A stretch of 63,900 bases of DNA, filler included, from Craspedostauros australis (Eukaryota): NCBI GenBank assembly GCA_030167865.1. It is 19 parts of 19 records of this genome, joined end to end, with 100 filler letters (N's around TTAATTAATTAA, not from the genome) between each part and the next. Parts side by side here need not be neighbours in the genome. Positions count along the whole stretch, not along the records: positions 44,680 to 50,318 come from JALAGF010001498.1; positions 50,419 to 54,982 come from JALAGF010001499.1; positions 55,083 to 57,143 come from JALAGF010001500.1; positions 57,244 to 58,331 come from JALAGF010001501.1; positions 58,432 to 59,502 come from JALAGF010001502.1; 14 more parts are not named here. One strand, 5' to 3'. Position 1 is the first letter of the stretch; each line of letters starts with the position of its first letter. The notes beneath the pieces were generated by a model. It made no database searches. It saw nothing but the letters and a program-made list of their open reading frames with translations, and had not been told where the DNA came from. Positions 46,753 through 59,110 of the stretch are shown here, in pieces. The translations under genes were made by a program, and so were the position numbers.

Positions 46753-48408
46753 TTACGATTCGGTGGGCGGTGGAACCGGCGGTGGCGCAGCTCCCGGTGG
46801 CGGCGCGGTGGCCTCCCCCAGCATACTCATGGCTCCGAACGAAACGTCGACGCCATCATCCGCGTTCATGACTGGTTCCGGAACCGCGTGCAAGGTGGGC
46901 GGTGGCGGTGCCGCGCTGGGTGCCGGCGCCAGGGGCACGAGAGACGGTGCGGCTTGCTGCTGCGGTGCGTTGGGATCGTTGATCGTGACGTGCGCGCCCG
47001 TCGAAGAGTAAGACAGCTGCAAGGTGGATGCCTGCTTCTCGACCGCGAGCTGCGGTTGCGATGGTGCGTCGGCCAGGGAAACCTGCAGGTGCGGCAGGAT
47101 GGACATCAACGTTGGCGCGTGCGTCTCCGTGAGGAACTGCGCCTGCGTTTGATGAAAATGATGCAGCAGATTCTGCATCCGCTGATGAAAGTCCTTTCGG
47201 AAACGCGGCACGTCCTTCTCTAACCGGTCCGACACCATGTTGACCTGGTCCCTGGCGAGCTTGACTTCGGCGTCGCTGGCCGTGATGTCCGCCTCGAGCT
47301 GGAAGAATGCGTCCTCCTTGGCGCCGGAAAGCACCATGCCGGGACGCTTCAGCTTGTCCATCTCCCGCACTAGCCACTGGTTGTGATGGTACAGCTTGGT
47401 GTAATCGCGGACGCACTTCTTGCGATTGTCGAGGGCCTCCTTGAGCGCCACGACCTCGAAGGTGAGCTCCTCCAGCGGGTCCTGGAAGGACACCCTGAGC
47501 TCATCGGCACGGTCCATGACCTCCTTGCTGCTCGCGGCCCACGTCTCACCCAGCGTCTGGTACATGTTGGACGTGGAGGTGTTCTGCAGAGCGTGCTCGC
47601 CCCACATCTCGGCAAACGCTGCCGCCATGGTCTGCAGCTTGGCGGCGGACTCGTTTTGGGCCTCGAGGTATCCCTGACAATCCTGATGCAGTATGCGAAT
47701 GCACGTCTCCAGATGCGTCGAATAGGTCTCCAGATCTCCGAACGTCTTTGCCTGCGCGGGCGTCTCCTCGAGCTGCAGCTTGCCGCGAGAAATGGCGAAT
47801 TTGGTGCGGGTCTCCTTCATCCACTGTCCCCAGCCCTTCTTCTTGGGCGTCGATCCCGATCCCGACGCCGCCATGGACGTGGACGACGTCATGCCGCCCG
47901 TCGCGGAGGCCACGTCGATCGTGATGTTGTCGGCGTCGGCGTCGCCCGCCGATTCGTCGCTCTGCGCCGACGACTGGCGCGTGAGCTTGTTGGCATCGAT
48001 GCGCTCCTTCTTCGCGGCCGCCCATTCCTTGGGGTTGGCCGTGAGGAAGGTCCACAGGCAGGCGCTCGTCACGAGATCGTCATGGTCGATGATGCGCAGC
48101 AGGAAGCGATCGAGCTTGGCCTGCCGCTGCTGCACGAACTCCTCGCTGAACTTCTCGGCCTTGGGCGCCGGCGGCAGCACGGGCACGATGATGCCGGAGC
48201 GCTCCACGACGAGGCGCTGCTGCAGCCACGCGAAGTCCGTGAAGCGCCGTCGGACCAGCGACTTCTGCGTCTCGCCGAACGTAGCCTTGATGAGGTACGT
48301 TGTGTGCTTGTTGCGGCCGAAGCCCTGGTGTTCGGGCTTGGACACCGCGCAGGTCTGCGGGATGGGATTCTGCTTGGGCTGCAGCTGGCTTTGCGATGGT
48401 GAGAACAT
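46753..48408 (-). CDS. Sorting nexin (PX domain plus Vps5-type BAR domain)
   Basis: VSKPE..HTTYLI, VRRRFTDFAWL..L, GIIVPVLPP, EEFVQQRQAKLDRFLLRI, then a long helical BAR region and Pro-rich tail. Confidence 0.92.
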   Translation of the reverse strand: MFSPSQSQLQPKQNPIPQTCAVSKPEHQGFGRNKHTTYLIKATFGETQKSLVRRRFTDFAWLQQRLVVERSGIIVPVLPPAPKAEKFSEEFVQQRQAKLDRFLLRIIDHDDLVTSACLWTFLTANPKEWAAAKKERIDANKLTRQSSAQSDESAGDADADNITIDVASATGGMTSSTSMAASGSGSTPKKKGWGQWMKETRTKFAISRGKLQLEETPAQAKTFGDLETYSTHLETCIRILHQDCQGYLEAQNESAAKLQTMAAAFAEMWGEHALQNTSTSNMYQTLGETWAASSKEVMDRADELRVSFQDPLEELTFEVVALKEALDNRKKCVRDYTKLYHHNQWLVREMDKLKRPGMVLSGAKEDAFFQLEADITASDAEVKLARDQVNMVSDRLEKDVPRFRKDFHQRMQNLLHHFHQTQAQFLTETHAPTLMSILPHLQVSLADAPSQPQLAVEKQASTLQLSYSSTGAHVTINDPNAPQQQAAPSLVPLAPAPSAAPPPPTLHAVPEPVMNADDGVDVSFGAMSMLGEATAPPPGAAPPPVPPPTES

Positions 48409-50234
48409 GCTTTCACTTGTTGTCGCTGCTTCTGAAGGGTGCTGTTAGGATCTGCCCTAGTCTGCTCCGATCAGCTCACTCTGAGAATCAGATACGACAG
48501 GTTGCTGAGATCCTCTCTGGAAGAATGAAGATACTACAGAGAGTGGTGATTGTGTGTGTGGACATCGGCATGGCGTTCGTCACCGTCATTGCGAAGGTGA
48601 CAGCGTTCCATCCGAAATGACCCGAAAAGGGCGAAAAAGATGCCAAGATGTGCGCAAGATCGATCTCCGTGTTGGGAACACTGCGGATAACAGTTCTCAC
48701 GGTCGATTGTGGACAACACCGTGCGAAGGCAGACATAACTATTGCTTTTTTGTGTGATGGAATGAGACTCGAAGAACAATTAATATGTATATGAAAATGT
48801 TTACCGTAACTCCAACGTTACACATCAGGTGTTACGTCTGCACTTCGCCACACACATTAGGTATCGCGTATGATCCAGACTACCTGCGAACGATTTACAC
48901 AATGTCGTTCGTGCCACGACGATATCAACAAACAGAGTGGCGGTTGGATGCCTCGATAGAGATGTCTTCGATGGTGGAAACTGGTGCAGAAGTCTGATGA
49001 CCGCTACGACGTCTGACCCTTTTGGGATGGGTCCATTCGTCCAAGATTGGTGGCGTGATGTCATGTGATGCACCGTGTTTGCTGGAGTGCTGTACCCTGC
49101 CGTTCGTATAGTACAGTAGAACTGCGTTGGATGGGAATCATTCAAACACCAAGCTCGCCGATGCGGAGAGGACACCCCGACCGCGTTCATCACCAATCTC
49201 TTGACGCAGCCACATGCGACTTTCTCACTCTGTGTGATCCATCTTGCGTCGTTTGAGGGTACATCACATCACGTGCTACAAGTACGCGTGAAGCGCCAGG
49301 CTTTAGTGACGACATATCGGAGTGATGAATGGCGATCGCCAAGTCCCAGCAGTCGTCCGGACGCCTCACACCTATCCCTTCTGCATGGGCAGGGAACTTG
49401 CGCCCACGCTGGTATCAACTTGCAACGTCCACGCAGATACAGGCAAATGTAATAGACAGCAAACGGAACCCTCTGGAGAGACGAAGGGCAGCTCGGAGTG
49501 TTCTGTGGGACATCTCAACATCCAGCTTCCCACAGCTATCATATTCGTACAGCACGACACTGCTCACAGACGCTTTCTCATTTGATTTCAGTTGAATCGC
49601 CGCGCTGCGTATCGGCAGTTTGGAACGATTGTCTTGTACAGGCCAATCGGTTCTGGGATGTTTGGGGTTGCTCTTCTCGAACAGTCGGCGTGAATTGTTG
49701 CCCCAGAGAGCTGATTGCTTTCTGTGTTTGTTGTCGATTCTGCGAATCGAAATTGTGAGGGCACGACAGGGACGCGCGAGAACAGCATCACATGTCGCAA
49801 TCAAGATCTGGCAACTCTATCGTCGTTAATAGCATGGTCTCCACTATGGTTCCTACCGCATCACAACTTGTCCACTCCGACAAAGAATCGGAACTCCGGC
49901 AACTAACAAGAGGAACAAAGACTCAATTCGGGTGAACAAAGATCTGGGCATGCGCTGCTCAAACGCCCACAGGGGAGACCATCCACTCGCGAAAATGCGA
50001 TCCAACCAAACGATCAACAACAGCCAAGATACGAGCAGTGTGTGTTGATCGCACGTCGTGTTGGCGTTACGGGATCGTAGACAGCTACGGCGATGGGCTG
50101 ACAAGTTCTGGTGGTATCGCCTTGCGAGAGGATGGCGAACTCGTGTACCGTGGCGGCAACTTCGGCACGGGAAACATTCGCGGCTTCGGTGAGGGATGCC
50201 AGTAAATACGGTGCTCCACGCGGATACTCGTACC

Positions 50235-50318
50235 TATGCTTGCACTCGTATGCTTGCACTCGTATGCTTGCACTCGTATGCTTGCACTCGTATGCTTGCA
50301 CTCGTATGCTTGCACTCG
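50235..50318. repeat. 14-bp tandem repeat (TATGCTTGCACTCG)x6 at contig end
   Basis: Direct reading. Confidence 0.95.
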
Positions 50319-50932
50319 NNNNNNNNNNNNNNNNNNNNNNNNNNNNNNNNNNNNNNNNNNNNTTAATTAATTAANNNNNNNNNNNNNNNNNNNNNNNNNN
50401 NNNNNNNNNNNNNNNNNNGGGCCATATTGACAAGAAGACAGCGATGTGATGTCGTGGGTCTGGAAATTGGCATGTCTTGGAGCAGACACGACAGGGGTGG
50501 AACGAGCGCAAAGCGGACATCATTGGCATTGGCACACCGTGCACGACATGTCGAGCACGTACGTAAATAAGCGCAACGTCAAGTCAACACGGGAAAGGCG
50601 TGCTCTAGTAATACCATTAGTGGTTGACTCGACAGATCCCAAAACCGTACAACACGCCTCAAGCGTGAGCAAAGCAAAATCCGACCAATATATGGTCTTT
50701 ACCGCGGTTCCCAGGGTGCGATCAAGAAGTAGACAAACAGAGAGACGAGGAGAGGAACGGGAGAACATTGAAACGAGGCAACCGCACACACCGCTCAACC
50801 CCACAATCGAGCACATCAACAACACACATGTCATGGGTAGCTCGAACAGAACACTTCCTCGACAGTCAATCCAATGCCAATCGTTCAACGTCCAACATCA
50901 ATCGTCCAGCAACCATCGACCATCCTCTCAAA

Positions 50933-52165
50933 ATGCCGAATGTTACGAACCAACAACTCCTTGATGCTGCCAGGGCAGGTGACTTGTCGGTGTTGAGGGA
51001 ATGGAAGAAGCAGAACAAGACGCAGAATGAAGGAGTTGATGTCAACAAGGTTACAGACACAGATGGTTCCACTCCCCTTCATCTGGCATGCTACAACGGC
51101 CACCTGGAGTGTGTCAAGTACCTCATCGAATCATGTGAGGCGGACATCAACTGCAAAGACAACGATGGTGACACTCCCCTTCATCTGGCATGCTACAACG
51201 GCCACCTGGAGTGTGTCAAGTACCTCATCGAATCATGTGAGGCGGACATCAACTGCAAAGACAACAATGGTAACACTCCCCTTCATCACGCATGCTACAA
51301 CGGCCACCTGGAGTGTGTCAAGTACCTCATCGAATCATGTGAGGCGAATATCAACTGCAAAAACAACAATGGTTCCACTCCCCTTCATCTGGCATGCTAC
51401 AACGGCCACCTGGAGTGTATGGAGTACCTCATCGAATCATGTGAGGCGGACATCAACTGCAAAAACAACAATGGTAACACTCCCCTTCATCTGGCATGCT
51501 ACAACGGCCATCTGGAGTGTGTCAAGTACCTCATCGAATCATGTGAGGCGGACATCAGCTGCAAAAACAACAATGGTTCCACTCCCCTTCATCACGCATG
51601 CTACAACGGCCACCTGGAGTGTGTCAAGTACCTCATCGAATCATGTGAGGCGGACATCAACTGCAAAGACAACGATGGTTACACTCCCCTTCATCTGGCA
51701 TGCTACAACGGCCATCTGGAGTGTGTGAAGTACCTCACCAAATCAGGTGGAGCGAACGTCAACTGCAAAGCCAACTATGGTCGGACTCCCCTTCATCACA
51801 CATGCCTCAACGGCCACCTGGAGTGTGTGAAGTACTTCATCGAATCATGTGAGGCCAACATCAACTGCAAAGACAACGATGGTTCCACTTCCCTTCATCT
51901 GGCATGCTACAACGGCCACCTGGAGTGTGTCAAGTACCTCATCGAATCATGTGGGGCGAACATCAACTGCCAAAACAACGATGGCCACACTCCTGTTCAT
52001 TTCGCATGCGACGATGGCGACCTGGAGTGTACCGAGTCCCTCATCAGAGGACTTTCGCCTTCAGCTCACCCACAACTGCAACAACTGCAGCAGCGCTTAC
52101 AACAAAACGAACAAGCAAATGAACAGTTGGGACAGCAGTTGAAGTGCAAGAGCCAAAAAGAATGA
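50933..52165 (+). CDS. Ankyrin-repeat protein (9 full plus 1 partial near-identical repeats), copy C; linker cut by a LINE at 52200
   Basis: Same N-cap and coiled-coil linker as copies A and B, with 102-bp tandem units. Confidence 0.9.
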   Translation: MPNVTNQQLLDAARAGDLSVLREWKKQNKTQNEGVDVNKVTDTDGSTPLHLACYNGHLECVKYLIESCEADINCKDNDGDTPLHLACYNGHLECVKYLIESCEADINCKDNNGNTPLHHACYNGHLECVKYLIESCEANINCKNNNGSTPLHLACYNGHLECMEYLIESCEADINCKNNNGNTPLHLACYNGHLECVKYLIESCEADISCKNNNGSTPLHHACYNGHLECVKYLIESCEADINCKDNDGYTPLHLACYNGHLECVKYLTKSGGANVNCKANYGRTPLHHTCLNGHLECVKYFIESCEANINCKDNDGSTSLHLACYNGHLECVKYLIESCGANINCQNNDGHTPVHFACDDGDLECTESLIRGLSPSAHPQLQQLQQRLQQNEQANEQLGQQLKCKSQKE

Positions 52166-52200
52166 ACACAAACGCAGCAGCAACAAGAGGACCAACATCA

Positions 52201-54982
52201 ATAATAATAACTCAGTGATTACATCATAGATGTGCCTCGAGGCTTTACCCTCGCCGCCACCGGCCCCATAGGGCACGGCTTTGAGCGAGCTGTCAAGTGC
52301 TGCCACTCATACTAATCCTAACCAGGCTGCCATGGTCTGCCGTTCTGCTTGCATTGACCGTGTCCTTCGCTTGGCCTTCACTGCCGCCTGCACCGCTGTC
52401 ATAGCGCCAACCCACTGTCTCATTTGCGCTTCCGTGCCATACTCGATGTTTCTGCCGTCCCGGAGGAGGTGGAGTTCTGACTCATTCATGTCCCGACTGT
52501 TGCTCTGGAGCATCCGTTGCACCTGTTGGCGCAGGTCCTTTGTCGTCGGGTGCTGATCGCTCTCATGTACCTTCGCGTTTCGAGCATTCCACACCGCCCA
52601 TGGAACCTTCCATATCCAACGCACCATCTCGCGTGCCCAAGCTTTGGCATCCGGGTACTGACACTCGTGGGTCTGCATCCACAGTTTCTGTTGTCGCCTC
52701 CAGTCCCGGTGGACGAATCCGACGAGGAGGGGGTACCACCCAACGTGGCTTTGCGGCCCCTCGTTGTTCCGATTGCGTCTCCATTTTACCAACCCCACTC
52801 GCATGTTGCTGACCAACCTAGGGCAGGTACCGATGCGCACCATTCGATCTAAGAGCGCTGCCGTGGCTTCCTGCCACGCCTCCTGATGCTCGCTGCACTG
52901 CAAGACGTGAATTGTCGTCTCGTCCTGCGTACAAAATTGGCACTTTGGTGAGTCCTTCTGACCCATCTGGTGCAGCTTCTTGTTCACCCCGACGAAGCCT
53001 GACGACCACTTCGATATGAACCGCGTCATCTCTTTGTTCTTCCTCGACGACCGCGCCTTTTTGTATGTATGCCAGTCCACTTGGGTCAGCTGAGCTTCGT
53101 CCCATTGGAACTTCGACGACCAATAGGTCGCAGCTGTCGCCGATTACAGAAGTTCGTGCAGTTCTCTAGCGTCGACGTGCGAATAATCCGCATTGCGTAG
53201 GCGCAAGCACCATCTATCCGTGTCAGTTTCCCAGCGCTTCACCAGCCTTCGATCCGCTGTATCGGTCCAGAACAGTTTGGCCTGTTCATCGGCCACAACG
53301 TTGAGCTGCTCCAGTGTCGTCAGCTTCTTCCCGGTGTCGTCTTGGTGGCCTTTCATCCACTCCCACTTCAGGGTCGCTTGGATTTCATGGCGTAGTGAAC
53401 GGATCTCGGTAAGAATGTCCCAGTCCCGTTGCCCAGGGCGAAGCCCGTCTTCTTGGGCCTGCAGCATGGCTTGCTTGCCGTCCAGAGCTATAGTGATTTC
53501 ACACGTCGAGTCCAGGTCTTGCATCAAGACGATCACTGAAAGTGACGCCCATATGCCAGCCAGCTCGCTTCTGTAGGCGCTTTGGACCTCGGCGGGCCCC
53601 GGCACGAACGTCTGGCATTGCAGTCGAGCGCGCGATTCCGCATCGAAGAATATGGAGGCAGACGTGCCCCTGGAATCCTTGAAGGAACCGTCGCTCACAA
53701 CGAGCAGACGTCCTTCGCGCGCCGCTTGCACTGCGTCTCGCCATCGCAACTCTCCATGGAGATTCTCGATGGGTTCGTATGGCTCTGGTGGCTCCTCGGC
53801 CGCCTGCGTCAATCCTAAGTGCCCGTCCCATGTCAACCCAGTGTCCGTAATGATCACTGACACCCTCTTGGCGCCCTCTGGGAGCCCTGGTACCGTACCA
53901 CGGCTGACGTAGGGCTGTCTGCGCGTCCATCGTCGTCGCTGTGGCAGATACCTTCGAATAGGCTGGGATGCCGTGTCCAGGATAATATTGCTGTAAGGGA
54001 ACTTCCACCATCTCCAGGTCCCGTCGTCCCTATACCACCTGCCCAGCGGTTCGTGCAGAAGCAGCCCGTGGAAGCACATAGACTTGCACCAGCGCTGCCA
54101 TTCTTTCCACCAACCACTTGGAAGCCGGTTGGGCTGCTTTGCCCAGTGTCTGGTGGCGTTCGAACTCAGGGTGCCGTCGTGGGCGCCTGCCAGAATCCTG
54201 GTGCCGTCAGCGGACACCACATCCGACATTCGCAACACTCCAAGCTTCTGTCGGACCATGTTCAGGTGGAGCAGTTGTACGCCTTTGATGCGTTGTTGCA
54301 ACCAGATGTCCATGAGGAATCGATCGCCCACTCGTTGGACTTCCGGAGTGCGCGTCGTCTCATGAATCGCAATGCGCGTGTCTTGTAGCTGCTTCCATAA
54401 CCCTGTCACCCAGCAGCTGGTGGCACAGTGGCCTACGCTGTCAAACGGATACTGAAACAGGGACTTCCCGAGCCCTAACTCCTCCTTGAGGGCCAGGATG
54501 GAACACTTGATCATCTCACCGGTTTGAGTTCCTCGATGCACTTCATCGAATGCCAGCTGCATTTGCGAAACCAACTGCGCGTTGACAGGGTTGATGATTC
54601 CCAATCCTCCGAGCGACGCCGGGCTGTAGACCAGGTCTCGAGGGAAAGTCCTTGACACACCCATTTTTGGCAGCGCTGCCAGGAGCGCCGGCGCCATGAC
54701 CCATCTCCACTGTTGTTGGGAGAGCTGGGTCATTGGTAATGAATACTCGACCGTCTTCATAAAGCGTAGAGAAAGCGCCGACCGTGCGTCTTCCGGAGAA
54801 ATTTGCGCTGTCCGCATACGTCCACCGAAGTCTTCAGCCTTCGCACGCAGCCTTTGCATCTGTTGCTCTTGATCACCGTCGAAGTCGATGAATACCCCCA
54901 GTGTGAACAACGGTTGCTCCATCGTTCTGAAGGGTATCGCTGCCTGCTCTCCGTTGCCGTCCTCGATCCGAATATCGATCGG
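52201..54982 (-). mobile_element. Non-LTR retrotransposon, 3' portion (RT thumb, RNase H, CCHC finger, (TTA)n tail), Ambal-like
   Basis: TLGV..YSLP..FPRDLVYSPASLGGLG; VSDGSF, SAYRSELAG, WMKGHQDD, LNVVADEQAK; CQFCTQDETTIHVLQC. The two ORFs are in one frame, split by a single TAA at 53146-53144. Confidence 0.92.
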
Positions 54983-56326
54983 NNNNNNNNNNNNNNNNNN
55001 NNNNNNNNNNNNNNNNNNNNNNNNNNTTAATTAATTAANNNNNNNNNNNNNNNNNNNNNNNNNNNNNNNNNNNNNNNNNNNNTTGTAGAAAACAATTTTG
55101 TCAATTTTGCGTATGTCTTGGTACTATTGCGGTAATACTAGTAATAAACGACAACAATACTGAGCATAAGATAGTACCATCGCAACGATATCATGAACGT
55201 ATCGGCCGGAATTGTCGTTCTGTTACGACAATGGAGTTTGTCGCCTCGAGATACTTAAACGGAGATACTGCACGTAAAAATTGCAGTTTATTTGCTCAAT
55301 ACGTGATTTCTGAGAAAGTGTGAAAGTTCCACAATCCCTCGTGCGAAACCGACCATGCAATCCCACCGCCTCTGTCAGTGCTCACAACGAGAATCGATCG
55401 GACAGGGAACAGATCGCCTGCGTCACACGGTTCCAAATGAGAACCCCAAGCGCAACAAAGCTCGGGAAAAATCACCCAAACTCCCCTCAATTTACCCTTC
55501 AATGGGATGGCTTGCTCGTGGCAGTGATAAAGTCTAAGCCACTTGATTGGCTGGGATCGCCAGCCATGCCAAAAAATAGCCACTCGAACCCCTCTATTGG
55601 AGGGATGGAAATACACGAATGTCGAGTGCCGCAAACCTGTTGGGATTGGCGAATGGCAAAGATACGAATCCAAACAATGGTGGCGCCTACTGTGTAGCAC
55701 CGCATTCGGGACGCAGCGGATGTTAGCAGCATAGCAGCGCATGAGTTCCATAGGAAGAAGTTGGAAGAAGCAAATGAGATCGAATGGGTCAAAACAAACT
55801 CAAGGCGTGTTCGATGTTCGAGGTCGGTTGAAAGTTGTCGCCGACGAATCAGCAGAAGGAGGTATAATATATTCCGATAAAGCGTTGATACTGCGAACTG
55901 CAACGCCTCGGAAAGCTGGAGAGAAAGTTCGGATTGTGGCTTTTGTTGACGAATCAAGATACAGTAGGACAGTTGCCGTCCAGATACTCCCAAATGAGCC
56001 GGCAGGGCAATCTACCCAGTTGTGGCACAGGAGGAGGAGGAGGATCTGTTGGCATACGTACGCAGGACAGACGTCCGCAGCCTCCGCCTCTGAAGAGTGA
56101 CAACGGAGACAGTCTCCTCCCATAAATCCATCATTAGCACACACACACACACANNNNNNNNNNNNNNNNNNNNNNNNNNNNNNNNNNNNNNNNNNNNNNN
56201 NGCTATTGTGATCACATCCTCTCCTTTCTTCGTGCTCTTCGTTTCAGGACGTTTCATTCCCTGGCCTCGAGCTGTATGCCCTCTCGTCACCCTCTCTTCG
56301 CTCCGCACTTCGTTCCGCTCTCTACC

Positions 56327-57143
56327 ATGGCCCCCGCTGATGACACCTCTCCGCCCACGGCGACGGTGACAACTGCTCAAACCATTTCGCTTCGCCTTGG
56401 ATGGAAATGGTTTCCGGCCGCCATGGAGGGGCTGCAGGTGCGCTCCGACGACGAACTCTACGACCTATTCTACGCGCCCGATGACGGCTTTCACGAGTGC
56501 CTCTGCGCGTGGTCTGCAACGAGCCCACTTCATGTGCGGCACCTGTGGCGCCTTCGCGCGTGGTATTTGAAAACCGGCGAGGCTGACGACCAGTGGGCAT
56601 CCAACCTCTCGGCGCGCGAGTTCCGCCCTTTCATGCGCCTCGAGAATCCGATCCCTCCCGCCTTCCGCTCCGTCCCCATGTCGGTGGCCTCTGTCGCTTC
56701 GCGTGCTGGTAACACAGGTCTACGCGCGGACGACGAGGTCGTGGACATATCCAAGGTGGCCGATCCTGCTGCGACCGTGCCGCCTGAAGGTGGTCCTCCT
56801 CCTCGCGACGGCGACACACCTGGCGATGGTGCGGCTTCTACTGCTCCTGCTGTGGACTCGCATACTCTCCCGCCTGCTGACTTCGAGGGTCCTCGTCGTG
56901 AGACCGCGGATTTCGACTACGTCACCGACTCTGGCGTGGACTACTCTGTGGCCAACGCCAGCCCCGCGTTCCGTCGGCACCGTACCTATGAGGTCCCACC
57001 CGCTCTCGAGCGTCTGGACTACGGTGTCGGCCCGGCTTGGGACAAGTGGCGTCTTCCCCTGAAGGACGACTCGCCAGCCGCCGTGTTCAACTGGTACGGC
57101 CAGTTCCAGGCTGCTGCGGCGCGCGCAGACTTACACTTTTGCC
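56327..57143 (+). mobile_element. gag: gag of a second, divergent copia family (5' part)
   Basis: DYVTDSGVDY..WDKWRLPLKDDSPAAVFNWYGQFQAAAARADLHFC aligns with DFITGSGLTY..WQRWELKLAGDAPAGVLKWYTQLQAEAAGVDIHIC of the gag at 24672. Confidence 0.8.
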
Positions 57144-57312
57144 NNNNNNNNNNNNNNNNNNNNNNNNNNNNNNNNNNNNNNNNNNNNTTAATTAATTAAN
57201 NNNNNNNNNNNNNNNNNNNNNNNNNNNNNNNNNNNNNNNNNNNTGATAGTGCTGGGTACACATTGTCCGAGAGCTCTCAGCCTCCATTGGAGCCAGCACA
57301 TTGTCACTTGTC

Positions 57313-58331
57313 TTACACGCGAGGAGAATCCTCTTCATCCTCTTCCTTTCCTTCGGGATCCTCCATGCCCTTGTTGGAGATACCGTCGCCTTCCGAACCC
57401 TCATCGCCGTCCTTGACTGCTACTCCAGCCGCGGCGGCAGCTCGGAGATCGGTCTGAGAGAATCGATGGGAGAATTGACGGGACAAGCGTTCCGCCATCA
57501 AAGCGCGGTCATTGCTGGCGGCGTCGTACTCGTCATGGCACTGCATGCGAAGAAAGAGTGAACGGCAACAACACGCATGTCATCGAGAGCATTGAGAGCA
57601 TCGCAGAATGCGTTGGCGGGTGCAAGTGGCAACAGGCAAAGCAAAAACAGGAATCAGGGGGTTGGCTCGTGAGAAAGATGGTGTTCCAGATCATCCATGA
57701 TGAACATGACGAACTTGAACTTTATCTGGAAACACAGCGTTGCATGACCCCAGCCATGCCTCGCCGTACCGTCCAAACACAAGGCAACACAAGACAACTC
57801 AGCAGACCATCGAACGACCTCGACCTCAGCCCGGTCTGATTTTGCCAGATCACACACACCACAGCAAAGCACAGCACAGCACGGCACAACACACCGAAAC
57901 GCATCATATCGAACTCACCTGACCCATGAAGGCACAAAACTCCAAAAAGTCAACATATCCATTTCCGTCCGCATCCATGACCGCCCACAACGCCTCGAAG
58001 TCGTTGCGGTTCATCTCCACGACCTTGCCAGAGCTCAAGAACTCCCACATGCCCTCCTTCGTGATGTTGCCCACAGCGCTGGCACGACGGTTGCCCTTGT
58101 CGGCTGCTGTGGATTGAGCATCGATCTTCTGGAACTCCCGAGCCAGCGCGGCGGCATCCATGCGCTTGGCTGGGAGGCTGATGCTCATGGTCTGTGCGAC
58201 GCGCGCAGCGAACACAGCGCGGTATCTCTTTGCCTGCTGCTTGTTGTAGATGATGACTGCAGCAGCGACCACGATGAGGAAGAGAAGGACGCCACCGATG
58301 GTGAAGCCGGCGATGACGCCTGCCTTGACGG
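57313..58331 (-). CDS. Single-pass membrane protein with cytosolic EF-hands, 5'-truncated (exon 58331-57919, intron 57918-57541, exon 57540-57313)
   Basis: TM GVIAGFTIGGVLLFLIVVAAAVII, canonical EF loop DADGNGYVDFLE, GTGAGT/TGCAG phase-0 intron giving FCAFMGQ|CHDEY. Confidence 0.88.
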
Positions 58332-58431
58332 NNNNNNNNNNNNNNNNNNNNNNNNNNNNNNNNNNNNNNNNNNNNTTAATTAATTAANNNNNNNNNNNNN
58401 NNNNNNNNNNNNNNNNNNNNNNNNNNNNNNN

Positions 58432-59110
58432 CTGGTTGATGATCCATCCCATTGGGACAGTTCATGTAGATCTCCTCGTCGAGGTCTCCATGTAGGAATG
58501 CCGTTACAACATCGATGAGTGCGCAATCCATCTTCTTGATTAGCATGATCACCATCATGACCCGATAGGTCACGTCATGGATGACGGGTGAGTAATGCTC
58601 TTGGAAGTCTACTCCTGCAACTTGTGAATAGCCACATGCAACGAGTCGCGCTCGATGTGTGCCGTCACGCTTCAGCTTGAAGACCCATTTGCACTTGCAG
58701 CATCTGCGGCTGCGTGGGATGGTGTCTTGTTTGATCTTGCTGCACACCTTGCATTTGTCCATGGAGTTGAACTCTTTCTTGCTGGCTGCTTGGTATCCCT
58801 TTCAATGGATGGGATCTGGGTGGTTGAAGGTTCCATCGAATGTTGTTGGTTCGATGTGCTTCTCTAGTTCCTTGTTCTGGTCCTGCATCAACAGTCCGAT
58901 GTCGATCTCCGGTGTCTCGGTAATGATTGCATTCATTCCGTATAGTCCTGTTGTGCTATGATGGGTAATCTCGATCTCTTCTTCGTCTGCGATTTCCTCA
59001 TCATCTGTAGTGTCGTTGTTGGATTCGTCAGTTATCTCATCGCTGAGTTCGTCACTCTCTTCATTGGATGATGATTCGCTCTCATAACCTTCCTCCTTTC
59101 GACCTCGTTC
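58432..59110 (-). mobile_element. pol: Degenerate Ty1/copia pol (IN-RT linker and RT N-terminus)
   Basis: EPTTF..(stop)..KKEFNSM, KCKWVFKLKRDG.HRARLVACGYSQ..GVDF, DVVTAFLHGDLDEEIYM. Confidence 0.9.

Noticed and set aside
48480..50230. Short ORFs upstream of the sorting nexin; likewise 4276-4983, 55300-56150 and 59603-61073
   Set aside because: No recognisable motifs or coding bias. Most other short ORFs in the track are antisense shadows of real genes.
50933..54982. Ankyrin repeats plus adjacent retroelement as a diversity-generating retroelement
   Set aside because: The element is a LINE inserted into the gene. There is no template/variable repeat pair and no adenine-specific variation evident.
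56240..56275. Possible LTR end and primer-binding site (TTTCA..TGGCCTCGAGC) before gag
   Set aside because: Could not match it to a tRNA 3' end by eye, and the upstream LTR falls in a gap.
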